A stretch of 64,000 nt of DNA from contig OY970364.1 in NCBI GenBank assembly GCA_963718565.1, positions 992,001 through 1,056,000 on the forward strand, written 5' to 3'. Below, in pieces: positions 29,616 through 40,832 of the stretch; within the stretch, counting starts at the first letter, position 1; every line of letters begins with the position of its first letter. The notes under the pieces are model-generated. The model searched no databases, had not been told where the DNA came from, and saw only the letters and a program-made list of their open reading frames with translations. The stretch comes from an uncultured Verrucomicrobiae bacterium. GTDB taxonomy: Bacteria; Chlamydiota; Chlamydiia; Chlamydiales; Rhabdochlamydiaceae. The position numbers and the translations under genes are program-made.

Positions 29616-30681
29616 TTAGTCATGTAAGTCATCACAATCATTTACCAGAGATACTTCTTTATCCCAAAGTTGCATGCCCTCTTTCAAGTATTGTACCCAA
29701 TCTTTTAACGGAACAAATGAAGAAACATAAGGTTCATTCAAAATAGTTGGACTGAACCCATTTTCACAGAGCAACTTTGAAAGCAAAATAAGATCCGTTC
29801 TTCCTTGCCCATCTCGGAATGGATGAAACCATTCTAGTTTTTGATAAAGACCTGCTATGAGCGTCAATTTTATAATAAATATATAGGTTCTGCCTTTCTA
29901 GTTTGATTTTTGGAAGAGTGTTTTTCAAGAGCGGATTAACCTCTAACTGTTCAATGTATTTCTCAAGGCTTTCAAAATTAGAGCTTAAAAGTGATTCAAA
30001 CTTGAAAAAAATCGAAAGATTTTTACCTGCTTCCTTAAATTCATCTAAAATGCTTACATAAGACAATTCATCACCGTGGTACACTCTAAGCATTCTAAAA
30101 TCGCGAATTGCTTGAGCTTTTTTTGAGAAATTCAGAGAATTTTTGTCTAAAATGACAGCTAAAATATCTGAAACTGAAAATGCTGTTTGTGGCGAAATTT
30201 CTGAAATATTACGGAAAGCACCAGCTTCTTGACTTAACATACCAGTATTATTTTTCTCTCCATTGAAATGGTCGCAAGCGAGCTTATGTAAATCTAAATA
30301 AAAATCAACAGTGACTTTGTTTCCAAGATTTTCTTTAGCAAGGTGAAAAGCTTTTAGTGCACTTGCATAGAATCCAGGTTCCTTAGCAGAATTGTTCCCT
30401 ATTTTATGTAGACCCTGATCAAATACCATTTTCCCAAATGGGTGGTATTTACCATCATAAATTTGCTTCCACCAATTATCGCCAAGAGCAGTAAATCTAT
30501 TCTCAGCGGCCTCTTTTGAAAAAGGATAACCCCATTTACCCTCATGAAGGTTTGTAATATCGTGAACGAGCTTTGAGAATTGTGTTCTACATTTTTGAGA
30601 AGTATGACCCTCCGTGTCATCATTCTTATGCGTTAGCATATTGCAATCAACTTTTCTCATCGCCTGAACAGACATAAACAT
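29616..30681 (-). pseudogene. Fic-domain protein, broken by an internal deletion/frameshift near 29870
   Basis: N-part is homologous to 9614-10657 (WWKQIYDGKYH..VFDQGLH..EPGFYAS); the C-part in another frame carries LEWFHPFRDGQGRT. Confidence 0.8.
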
Positions 30682-30691
30682 TTTCCTTTGT

Positions 30692-30863
30692 TATACTGCG
30701 CCCGCTTAGGTTTTGCGAATTTTGACAGACTGCGACTTTGCCAAATCGATCCTTCTCGATCGCCTTGCTATTCAGCAATGGTCTCGCTCGTTCGGCCGCT
30801 TCGCTTCGATTTTGCTTCGTCTCGCAGAGTCAAAATTCGCCAAACCTAAGCGGGCGCAGTATA
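30692..30863. repeat. TA-flanked palindromic element (family B2), intergenic
   Basis: TATACTGCGCCCGCTTAGGTTT / AAACCTAAGCGGGCGCAGTATA; homologous to 6667-6836 in the opposite orientation. Confidence 0.92.
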
Positions 30864-30949
30864 GTTTGAAGCAAGTGGGGAAAAATAAGACAGCTTCTAA
30901 GAGCCACTTCCAAAAGTGCACCCAGGCCTTAAGGCCTGGGATCGAAATT

Positions 30950-31567
30950 TCATAAATTAATGGGGGGCCTTCGAATATACCAATAGTTTTTCCCATAATT
31001 ATAACACAACTGGGTTCCTTTTTCAATGCGATGAGTTGCCAAGAAAATTAGATGATAAAAACCATCATAAAAGGCATATACAGGATCCAAATTTGGATGA
31101 AAACTATGATTGATAAAACGTGTTAAATTTCCTTGAGTTGCATCAATCACATAGCTTTTACCGATTTCATCTGGGATAGGGTACTCATAAAGATAATTAT
31201 TTATCGGGTTAAAATACCTTCTTAGGTCATTTTTACGAACGATGCCTGTATATTCACCAACATAGCTTCCTCTATCCAAGTTTTCTTCCAAGAACAAACC
31301 ATGGCCCAATGACTCATTAAGCCATCGGATTGAAACATTAGGAATATATTCCACCTTGATCTTCTGAATGAATCTGCTTCCAAGTTCTTGAGATTCTGCA
31401 CTAACCCCATTACTCTTCCATTTTTCGATTCCTCGTTTTCTAATACTCCTCTGATCCTTTGAAGTTTCGAAGGAAATGCGGGGCAAATATTTGAACTTCA
31501 GAAGCATTTCTAGCTCTTGAACGGCACATGCTTTTCCGTCGAGAAGATATTGGGGTGCTTTGCTCAT
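30950..31567 (-). CDS. SET-domain protein-lysine methyltransferase
   Basis: GHGLF, VGEYTG, GNLTRFINHS..PN, QLCYNYGKNYW. Confidence 0.92.
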   Translation of the reverse strand: MSKAPQYLLDGKACAVQELEMLLKFKYLPRISFETSKDQRSIRKRGIEKWKSNGVSAESQELGSRFIQKIKVEYIPNVSIRWLNESLGHGLFLEENLDRGSYVGEYTGIVRKNDLRRYFNPINNYLYEYPIPDEIGKSYVIDATQGNLTRFINHSFHPNLDPVYAFYDGFYHLIFLATHRIEKGTQLCYNYGKNYWYIRRPPINL

Positions 31568-31617
31568 AAGGAACTCCAAAGAGGGCTCTTAAGGAGGAAG
31601 AAGGGAATCCAAAGTTT

Positions 31618-31821
31618 TTATTTTTCGTGTTGTGAATTGCGAAAAAATTTAGCTATTTCTTTTTTCGTTACAATCCCTTGAGCTACTTCTAGAATGATTT
31701 CTTGATACTTGGCATCGAAAATTGTAAACCGTTGTTTACAACTCAGAGCAAAGAAAATCATTACTGCCATTGAAGCTGTACGTTTATTACCGTCTACAAA
31801 TGGGTGATAAAGAGAGGCTAC
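31618..31821 (-). pseudogene. Doc (death-on-curing) toxin C-terminal fragment
   Basis: HPFVDGNKRT motif; N-terminal half absent. Confidence 0.75.
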
Positions 31822-31968
31822 TCTTAAACGTAATAAATTGAAAACGGGAAATGAACGGGTTAAACTCAAATAATACAACATGCTAAATATTAGGCGTTTG
31901 TGACATCCTCAGTTCACCACGCACTCAAATGGGAATGATTTCGATATTTTTTTGCCTCTAAAATTCTA

Positions 31969-32198
31969 GAGGGAATTGCAAAACTCCTCGCCGCATAAAA
32001 TCGCGCTTTTGACATCTGTCGCCTTGGCGGCGGCTGCCTTCGGCCCCGGTTCGCTCTTCGCTCACCTGCTTTGCACTGCGAAGGTTCCCCGGACCTTCTC
32101 GTGTCTTCGCAGCCACCAACCGAACCCGCTGTGCGGGTTCTGGCAACAGGTGCCAAAATCATCGATTTTCTGCTGGCGAGGAGTTTTGCAATTCCCTC
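31969..32198. mobile_element. Complete element family A (230 bp, inverted relative to 26889)
   Basis: Same 24-bp terminal repeats; lacks a 27-bp internal segment present in the 257-bp copy. Confidence 0.92.
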
Positions 32199-32246
32199 TG
32201 CATATAACTCTATTTCTAAAATACGCTTTTTCAGCATAGTGAAGTT

Positions 32247-32480
32247 TTAAATGTAGTGAGAAGCGTATTGATCTAATAAAGCCCTAATCATCGTCTGATA
32301 ATTCGTATGCAACTTCTCAGCTTCACTCTTAAAAAAATCAACACTTGATTTAGTTAAAGATATAGTGATCTTTGTTGTCTCTTCTTTCAAGACCAAGTCC
32401 TTAGGCTTGGGCAAAAAATCATCAACTATTTTAATTTTCCCAATGCGTTCATCTGTATACTTAGTTTTGCGCTTCTTCAT
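32247..32480 (-). CDS. BrnA/CopG-like antitoxin
   Basis: DDFLPKPKDLV..KITISL..VDFFK..YQTMIRALLD; overlaps the toxin gene. Confidence 0.85.
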   Translation of the reverse strand: MKKRKTKYTDERIGKIKIVDDFLPKPKDLVLKEETTKITISLTKSSVDFFKSEAEKLHTNYQTMIRALLDQYASHYI

Positions 32481-32742
32481 AAATTTTTCTCCCTTTTCTC
32501 CAAAACCCTGCGCCAAAAATACGGATTTTCTGATTTCTATAGGTAAAACGAACAGTCATAATGGCCTTATCTACCCGACCAAAGCAATAGTAACGCGTTT
32601 CAGCTCTTGAATGCTCAACATCTTCAGCAATAATTCGCTTTGGATCTAAAAACGCACGTTGGGCCTCGAAAAACGAAACCCCATGTTTTACTATGTTTGC
32701 CTCATTCTTGCCGTGATTCCATTCGAATGTCCATTTATCCAT
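32461..32742 (-). CDS. brnT: BrnT family toxin
   Basis: FEWNHGKNEANIVKHGVSF, HSRAETRY, VRFTYR..IRI. Confidence 0.9.
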   Translation of the reverse strand: MDKWTFEWNHGKNEANIVKHGVSFFEAQRAFLDPKRIIAEDVEHSRAETRYYCFGRVDKAIMTVRFTYRNQKIRIFGAGFWRKGRKIYEEAQN

Positions 32743-32782
32743 ACTTAAATATTACAAAAAATCAATATTTATTGCCATATTT

Positions 32783-32965
32783 TTATACATACCTAAATAT
32801 TACCATCTTTCCTTCTGTACAAATACCCAAAGGCTGTAACCAAGACAATTGGCCCTGCGTCCATAAACTCACATCCTCCCAATCTTCATATCCGCATAGT
32901 ATAGAGAGAATGGTCGTGCTAATGATATCCGATAAGGGATAAAGTTGATTTCTTGTGCCCTGCAA
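32783..32965 (-). pseudogene. ISAs1 family transposase N-terminal fragment
   Basis: YPLSDII...LSILCGYEDWEDV..W...LSWL. Confidence 0.75.
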
Positions 32966-32984
32966 AAGGCATTGGTGGCATTAA

Positions 32985-35529
32985 TTAAATACAGTTCGTA
33001 GTAGCTCGAATGAAAAAGTCCTCAAAGGGAAAATGGGCGATGAGCTCCGTTTCAGTCCTGGGAAAGGATTTGAAAAAAAGAGGGCTGGCTACAAAAAGAA
33101 ATTTTTTTCTCGCCCGGCTGATCGAAACGTTGAATCTACGGTAGTCTTTCAAAAAGGCGTTGTGGAGGCTCTCTCGGTCGGACACCGTAGCAGAGAAAAG
33201 AACGAGATCGAATTCTTGACCTTGCATGCGTTCTACCGTATCGATTTTGGGATGTCTGATAGAGAAAGGAAGCGTTTCTTTCAAGGCATTGAGGATTGTG
33301 TTGTTCTGGAGCCGATGAGGAGAAATAATGCCGATCTCATCGATGGAAAAGGAGTAGTCTAAGGTAAGGCGTTTGACTGCCTGCGCGATCCAGAGGGCTT
33401 CCTCTTTTGAAGACTGAAGATTTCCTTCATGCTCTACAGGCACAACAACTAATGGCTTGAGCGGGTCGAGATACGCGTCGATGGAGTCGGAAAACAGGGG
33501 ATAACGCGGCAGTTCAAGCCTTTGGTCTGCTGCTGCGCTCTGAAGCTCTTGGTCATACCAATGCCGGCTGACAAATTGGCAAATCGGGCCATTCATGCGG
33601 TAGGTTTCATTCAATCGAAGGCGATGTTGAGGGCCGAAGCGGGCAATAAACTCCGCTAAAATAGAACGAGCAGGAATGTCTACCTTCACAATAGGGGAAA
33701 GTTGTTGGGTGTCTCCATAGAATAGGGCATTTCCTTTGCTAAATACGAGACTTAAAAGTGCGTAGGAAGGAAGCACTTGCGAGGATTCGTCAAAAATAAC
33801 CCAGTCAAAAGCTCGCGGGAATTGCTTGCCCTCGAAAAGTTGATAGATGCCAAATCCTGTGGCGCCGAGTATAAAGCTGCTGTTTTGCATAAGCGGTTTA
33901 GCGTCCTGCAAAGGCTCTACTCCTGATTTTGCCTCGGCAAAACGCCCATATTTCCAGATGGGGATTTTTTCTTTTTGGTCGAGGGTGCGCGCAACTTTAA
34001 GCAAAATTTGATCGATGGCTTGGTGGGTGAGCGCTGTCACCAGAATTTTGATCGGGCGATGGATGGATTTTGCATGAGCAATAAGAGCGATCAATGTCCA
34101 GACGAGAATGTGAGTCTTGCCGGAGCCTGGAGGCCCTTCAATGAGGCCAATGTTTTTTAAAAATGGGAGCAGAAGGGCCTGTTTTTGCATCGAATTTAGA
34201 CCCGCTCTCTCGGCGTGAATGGAGTACCACTGCCCTACCCACTCTGCAGCAATTGTTGGGGAGTTTTTTCCATGGCCGTGGAGCATGTGGATGAGCTCAG
34301 GTCTAAATTTAGGGTCTTTTAATCGATGTAAAACGGTTTCGATTTTGGGCACATTCCAGTCTGTCGCACATTCATCTAGAGCGTATAATCGGTTTTTACT
34401 GAGGGGCATTTTGTCAGATAAGGACTGGACGGAAAGGGTCCCTTCTTCGGGAGAGTAGGAAGTGAGGATGACAGAAAAGCCGTCTTGAATCTGCATGCTA
34501 TTTGCAATCGATAGTTTGAGAAAGTCGCCGACTCGAAATTTAGCGATAGGGTTTTTTGGATCGATTGAAAAGAGGTAGCGAACCCCTCGTTCTTCTGAAA
34601 CGATGCCTAAAAAAGCTAAAGGGCCGATGGCGCAAAACTGTTCCACACGCTTGGGCAAGGGGTTTTTCTGAAAGGCTAACGTAGCAAGGGTGCGCTCTTC
34701 CCATTCCTGACGTTGCATGAAGAGGTAACTATTAATAAGACCAGTCGGAGGCGGCGCTAAGGAGCGGATGCATTTTACATGAGAGGCGCACCAGCTCCAA
34801 ATCTGTTTGTATAAGTCAGGGGGGACGCACACATCGTCGTGGTATAGACTGACCGGCGGAGATGGGTCAACCATAAGACCTAAACACCTAGCCACCTGGG
34901 TTGCGGTGAGACGCCCATCAACGGGCCAGACAAAATGTTTTTGGAGAAAAGACTGGATCGATGGCCAATCATCGACATTTGGGGGAAAGTCGATGGACTC
35001 GGATTCGAGACAGACAATCGCGGGCCCGTGAGAGGAAGCCTGGTTTTTCAACAAAGTCTCTTGGTAGCAGTAAGAAAAGTAACGGCAAGAGGTGCAACTG
35101 AAGTTTAAAGTGTATTGGTCGGGAGGTTTCATCGAGTCAGCTCTCCACCCAGCGATGAGATGGGGCATCCAGCTTCTAAAATGGGCTAGCGCGAAGGGGG
35201 TGCGTTTTAGCTCGGCCCCACTGCGGTGGACAATGCCTGCGCAGCTGGAAATTGTCACTGGAGCCCCTTGTAAAAGGCGCTCGAGCAAATAGACGTAGAA
35301 GGCAAGTCGCCATTTTTGGGCGTAGGAGAATCCTTCCTGGTCTTTGATGTCCCACACCTCAAGGCGCACACGGGATTCTTCGCACTTAAGATAGATGAGG
35401 TCAGGACTTCCTTTCATCAGAAAGGGGTGATCGATTATGAGTTTTACTCGTGCTAAAAATAGAGAAGTTTGGCTGGCAATCACCTCGTCAATCGCCTGTT
35501 TCAACGTAAAGTCGGCAGTTTCGAAACGT
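32985..35529 (-). pseudogene. SF1 DNA2/NAM7-like helicase with an N-terminal PD-(D/E)XK nuclease remnant; 5' end lost at the inversion junction
   Basis: GPPGSGKT, IFDESSQ, GDTQQL, LNETYRM, TVERMQGQE, RFNVSISRA; upstream PD..DIK and CTSC..C. Confidence 0.8.
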
Positions 35530-36099
35530 ACATTTTTCAAAAACTCGAAATCATTACAAAAAAAATTAAAAAAGAGCATCCTGCATTGCTACAAAAGTTT
35601 AACAAGGCTGAAATGAATCTGTTACACGGCTTGGGGCGCTTTTTAGGATCAAGCAACAATTTTTCTGTAAAATCTGAAATCTTCTTCACTTAGGTCAATT
35701 TCTTACTATAAAAACGGCCTCTCGCGTCAGAGACGCTTCGGCTTTTTACTTTGCTTTTGAGGAAAAATTTTTCGAATCTGACACTTTTTTATGCCAGATA
35801 ATTCACCCCTAAACAAAAAGTGTTCCATCGGTGTTAGCGTTGTTTTCCTCAATATTTTATTCTAACGTCAAATACCTCTTTCCGCTTATCCATTCATCGT
35901 GTATCTCAGATACCACGGCAGTGACCAATCTTTCACAAGACGCTTCATTGGGAAATAATCTTGCTACTCTTGTTCGCCGCTTAATCTCTCCATTAAGCCT
36001 TTCAACAATATTAACAGTCCTTATCTGTTTCCAGTGCCTTCTTGGCCGATGATAAAATGTCATTGCCTCAATTGCATTGATTTCAAACCAATTGCAAAA
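35530..36099 (-). repeat. Left arm of a 570-bp inverted duplication
   Basis: Reverse complement of 36643-37212, with at least one substitution (GGGCGC vs GGGCAC). Confidence 0.95.
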
Positions 36100-37095
36100 G
36101 AGCTGTGCGGCTTTGATTTGAGTTCAACCCAAGTTTCTCGGGTTGCAATGATTCTCGATGAGGAGCTTGAAAAATTCCGCAGGAGAAATTTAGGTCACAT
36201 CGTTTATCTTTATCTCGATGCCGATTATCAAAAGGTGAGACACGATGGACACGTCAGAGACATTGCAGTACTAAAAGCTGTTGGAGTGAACAAAGATGGA
36301 TTTCGAGAAGTGCTTGGCATTTCATGCAGTTTATCTGAGGCCGAAGTGCATTGGAGGACATTCCTGGAAGACTTACTCTCTCGAGGATTAAGAGGAGTAG
36401 AAATGGTGATTAGCGATGATCACTCTGGGCTAAAAGCTGCACTAAGGGCAGTGCTTCCATCGGTTCCTTGGCAGCGCTGTCTTTTTCATCTTGCTCAAAA
36501 CGCTCAAAGCTATGTCCCAAACACGGCAATGCGAGGAGAAATTGCACAAGCGGTACGAGATGTTTATCAAGCCTTGAATCAACAAGAGGCTGAAAAACGA
36601 GTTAAGGAAACAGTGCAAAGATATGAAAAAAGAGCGCCCAAATTTTGCAATTGGTTTGAAATCAATGCAATTGAGGCAATGACATTTTATCATCGGCCAA
36701 GAAGGCACTGGAAACAGATAAGGACTGTTAATATTGTTGAAAGGCTTAATGGAGAGATTAAGCGGCGAACAAGAGTAGCAAGATTATTTCCCAATGAAGC
36801 GTCTTGTGAAAGATTGGTCACTGCCGTGGTATCTGAGATACACGATGAATGGATAAGCGGAAAGAGGTATTTGACGTTAGAATAAAATATTGAGGAAAAC
36901 AACGCTAACACCGATGGAACACTTTTTGTTTAGGGGTGAATTATCTGGCATAAAAAAGTGTCAGATTCGAAAAATTTTTCCTCAAAAGCAAAGTAAAAAG
37001 CCGAAGCGTCTCTGACGCGAGAGGCCGTTTTTATAGTAAGAAATTGACCTAAGTGAAGAAGATTTCAGATTTTACAGAAAAATTGTTGCTTGATC
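36100..37095 (+). mobile_element. IS256 family element, 5'-truncated (transposase fragment ends at 36885)
   Basis: LYLDADYQKVR, VISDDHSGL, WQRCLFH, RTVNIVERLNGEIKRRTRV..FPNEAS; probable right end TTTACAGAAAAATTGTTGCTTGATC. Confidence 0.9.
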
Positions 37096-37212
37096 CTAAA
37101 AAGTGCCCCAAGCCGTGTAACAGATTCATTTCAGCCTTGTTAAACTTTTGTAGCAATGCAGGATGCTCTTTTTTAATTTTTTTTGTAATGATTTCGAGTT
37201 TTTGAAAAATGT
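36643..37212 (+). repeat. Right arm of the 570-bp inverted duplication
   Basis: See left arm. Confidence 0.95.
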
Positions 37213-38134
37213 TGTTTTCCTTAACTGCTTTAATAAATTGATTAATTGTGCTCTTTCCTTTAGCAAATAAATCAGTCTGATTAGTTATTTCTTTTTCCCA
37301 GCCATCTATACTTTTATCGAAAATGGATTGATTTTTGATAAAATCTTCTATCTCTTCGAAAAGAAATTCCTGATCATCAGCTGAAAATTTATCTAAAAAA
37401 TTACGTATCACGTCTTCTATTAACACTTTATCTAAAGTTTTAATATCCACCTTTTCCATATATATCCATAAACCTTCTGCTAAAACAACATCACTCAATT
37501 TGGCCCGATTAAGAAGATAACTAGGATAGGCCTTTTTCACACCTTCTGGCAATGATGCAAACGGATTCACTCTTCTTTCAATGTCTTTCAGTAGAGGTTT
37601 TACAATCGAGTTTAATTCGCTATCACTTGTCCATACTACTGACGCTTTTAAGGTATCCTCTTTCCAATTTGTGACAATGATATGGTTTTTCTTAAGTATT
37701 TTTTTGATTTCTGTCCGATGTTTCAGAATATAGAGAATTTTGTCATAACGAATGTGCTGATTTGCTGAGAGATATTTAAATCTAGGATTTGAGGTACACT
37801 CATTTGCAAGTTGATCATTTGTTAGTTGACCATTTGTTATATATTGCTCAGAAATTTCGGCATGGATGATTAATTTTGCAATTGTTAAAGTTTCATCTAT
37901 CCGAGCAACTCTTTTAAGCGTAGATTTAATTGCACTTTTCATCGAATCTTTGTATGAAGCTTTTTGAAGTTGTAAATTTTCGTTAAATATCAGATCAGCT
38001 TTGTCATCAAGCGTCTTCTTACTTAAAAATGAGCTGCGCATGTCTTCGGACATCTTGTCTATAGTGTCCATAACAGCCCTGGTTAAAGAATCTCCTTTAT
38101 ACCACCATTCTAATAAACTATTGATGATTATCAT
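37049..38134 (-). CDS. AT-rich hypothetical protein; C-terminus runs into the IS256 end
   Basis: 361-aa ORF with a GAGG RBS; the last ~15 codons lie within the probable IS256 terminus. Confidence 0.7.
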   Translation of the reverse strand: MIIINSLLEWWYKGDSLTRAVMDTIDKMSEDMRSSFLSKKTLDDKADLIFNENLQLQKASYKDSMKSAIKSTLKRVARIDETLTIAKLIIHAEISEQYITNGQLTNDQLANECTSNPRFKYLSANQHIRYDKILYILKHRTEIKKILKKNHIIVTNWKEDTLKASVVWTSDSELNSIVKPLLKDIERRVNPFASLPEGVKKAYPSYLLNRAKLSDVVLAEGLWIYMEKVDIKTLDKVLIEDVIRNFLDKFSADDQEFLFEEIEDFIKNQSIFDKSIDGWEKEITNQTDLFAKGKSTINQFIKAVKENNIFQKLEIITKKIKKEHPALLQKFNKAEMNLLHGLGHFLGSSNNFSVKSEIFFT

Positions 38135-38377
38135 AATGACCTCATTGCTTAATTGCGTTTTTATTATTAATCTAACTATAATAATTTAATTTTTATAATT
38201 ATCATTATACTATATTTTTATAAAAAAAACATAAATATTAATTCAGAATAACATTTTTTAGTCATAGGAGGCTAATTCATTGAAAAGTAATGATATAAGG
38301 ACAAAAATTTGCGGAAAAAATATGACGACATATAACTCCATGAATATCATAGACTTAGGTTTGATTTCTTTAAACTC

Positions 38378-38434
38378 CTGGAGTTTTGACTGATTTCGCG
38401 AGCGTCAGCGAGTGAAATTGGTTCCAAACTCCAG
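38378..38434. repeat. 57-bp hairpin flanked by a 7-bp direct repeat
   Basis: TAAACTC|CTGGAGTTT...AAACTCCAG|TAAACTC. Confidence 0.6.
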
Positions 38435-38459
38435 TAAACTCCAGAAAAATGCTACTTAA

Positions 38460-40173
38460 CCCAAGTTCGCCCGAGAGAGCTGACCTAAGTCCCTCATAAT
38501 CAACAACATTAAAATCAACCTTTGCTTTCGTAAGTCCCTTATTTTTAGTGCTTTGCTGTTTTTGCGAATTTGTAGTGACTGAAAATCTGTAAAATAATTA
38601 TTTCATGTTTAAATAAATTCGATCCATCGGTAAGATCTGAGGGCATGTATATAAGGAAAGCCCTCAAGACAGACCGTAAGAGCGGAAAAACCTACTCTGC
38701 TTTTCACTTGGTTGAATCCGTGAGGACTGATAGAGGCCCGCGCCAACGCGCGCTTCTATACATGGGAGCCGAAATCAACCTCCCAGAAGAACAGCATGCA
38801 CTTCTCGCTCAATGCATTGAAGATATTCTTACAAGTGCGCAATCGTTATTCGCTTATCCAGAAGAGATTCAAAAGCTAGCCCAATCTTACACCTCGCAGA
38901 TTGTGCGTCGTTTGTCCGACCCAGGAGACAACGCGGAACAACTAAAACAAGATCTACTACCTGAATTTGTCAATATCGACGTTCATTCAATTGAACAGAC
39001 TGAACCACGGTCTGTTGGTGCGGAACATCTCTTACTTCAGATGGGAAATCAACTCAAACTGCCGGAACAGCTGCAAAAACTAGGCCTTTCAAAAACAGAT
39101 GCCGCAATTGCCTTGGGATCGATCGTTGCCAGGGCTGTACACCCAAGCAGCGAAAGGGAAGCTTATCGGTGGCTATGCACTAGCAGTGGTCTTGGCGAAT
39201 TACTTGATTTCGACTTTACAAAAACTACTTTGCACAAGCTCTATAAAATCAGCGATACGTTGCTGTCTCATAAAGACGGGTTGGAAACAGCTTTAGAAAC
39301 CATCGAACAGCAATTTCATGGATACAAAAGTACAATAGCTCTCTACGATTTAACCAATACCTATACAGAAGGGCGGGCTGAGGCAAATCCAAAAGCTGCC
39401 TATGGTCTTTCGAAAGAAAAACGAAATGATTGCCCTCTCATTACTATAGGGCTAGTCATGAATGAGCACGGATTTCTCATCAAAACCTCATTACTTGCAG
39501 GAAATGCTTCAGAGCCCCAAACCCTACAAACAATGATCGCGAGCCTAAGTATTCACTCGTCTCTAATCAAGCCAACTATTGTATTGGATGCAGGGATTGC
39601 TACCGAAGAGAATCTGACCTGGTTACGCAAGAATGGATATACGTATGTTGTCTCAGCAAGACAAGATCCTCCCGTTGTTGAATTTGAAGGACAATTAGTC
39701 TCAGTAGGTGATCAGCATGACCTAGTAAAAGCTGCCTTGATCAGTCAGGATGGTAATGAGGAAAATTGGCTCTATTGCGAATCTGAAGCAAAAGCAGCGG
39801 TCGCCTCAGGGATGAAGAAAAAATTTAGAAAACGATTTGAAGATGATCTACAAAAACTTGCGAATGATCTTTCCAAACCTAAAGGGCGCAAGAAGCATAA
39901 CAAAGTGCTTGAACGGGTAGGTCGGCTCAAGGAAAAGCAAAAGAGTTATGGCAATTGTATAATGTTCTCAGAAGCGTTGAGGATGCGTTTCGATTTATGA
40001 AATCCTCATTAGGATTGCGTCCAGTCTATCACCAGAAGGAACATCGAGTGGACGGGCATTTATGGATCACCATACTTGCCTACCATCTAATCCAACACTG
40101 CAGGCACCAATTAATTCGAAAAGGGATAAACTATTTGTGGCAGACAATACGTAATATCATGATTACTCGAGTC
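38460..40173 (+). mobile_element. IS1634 family element; transposase (from 38645) internally deleted, frameshifted and 3'-truncated
   Basis: LVESVRT..GPRQR, LYDLTNTYTEG, YGLSKEKRNDC, VLDAGIA, then in another frame VEDAFRFMKS.LGLRPVYHQ..RVDGHLWI. Left end (TTAA|CCCAAGTT) is tentative. Confidence 0.85.
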
Positions 40174-40503
40174 CGAATCTACTTTGATAGGCGCATGAAA
40201 GCTTGGCACCTTACAAGCTAAAGTACCCCAAGCATGTTTATTTCCGGTATTTCTCACTTGAAGAAACAAATACTTCTTTTTTCCTACTAAATCTTTTTTT
40301 TCTAGCTGTGTAGGTTGCTGCGGTGGATCGCATAATGCTGCACACGCTTGTTCTTGAGTGACGATATAAGCTTTTATCTCGATTTCTTTTGCATAAGCTT
40401 TATCAGAGAATAGAGAACGCTCGATAAAATTCATATCAGCCTTTGCAAATTGAGGTACTAATAATATCAAAAGAACAACTATTGACTTTATAAAGGAGTT
40501 CAT
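40111..40503 (-). CDS. Secreted hypothetical protein, C-terminus probably truncated at the IS1634 junction
   Basis: Signal peptide; LFLQVRNTGNKHAWGTLACKV motif shared with the next ORF. Confidence 0.65.
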   Translation of the reverse strand: MNSFIKSIVVLLILLVPQFAKADMNFIERSLFSDKAYAKEIEIKAYIVTQEQACAALCDPPQQPTQLEKKDLVGKKKYLFLQVRNTGNKHAWGTLACKVPSFHAPIKVDSDSSNHDITYCLPQIVYPFSN

Positions 40504-40570
40504 CGTACCTCACATTTATCTTGTATTTTTTCATTCTTCTAACTCATCAATCTGAATTTCATGATTAGAC

Positions 40571-40819
40571 TTATTTCGCATAGAGTGTTTTCCATTCGAC
40601 AAGAGCTTGGGGTTGATTTGGCCCATCTCCAAGAATTGCACTTCCTACGGGAATAACCCATACGTCGAATTCTTTCATATTGGGACGTAACCCGATTACA
40701 GAAACCTCAACACTTCTATATCCAACAGTGCATTTCAACGTTCCAAAAGCTTGCTTACCCCCAGTATTTTTTGCTAAAATGACGATAAGGCTTTTTCTAT
40801 GTTGATTAACCTGCTTCAA
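40571..40819 (-). pseudogene. C-terminal fragment of a paralogue of 40111-40503
   Basis: VILAKNTGGKQAFGTLKCTV..VEWKTLYAK; no signal peptide. Confidence 0.55.
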
Positions 40820-40832
40820 TTCACAAAATGAT

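Noticed and set aside
29860..29880. Programmed frameshift in the second Fic gene
   Set aside because: Comparison with the paralogue shows missing codons at the junction, which fits deletion better than recoding
31914..32239. Three overlapping ORFs
   Set aside because: All are translations of the family A element
35469..36063. ORFs 35469-35693, 35831-36052 and 35857-36063 as independent genes
   Set aside because: They are copies produced by the inverted duplication
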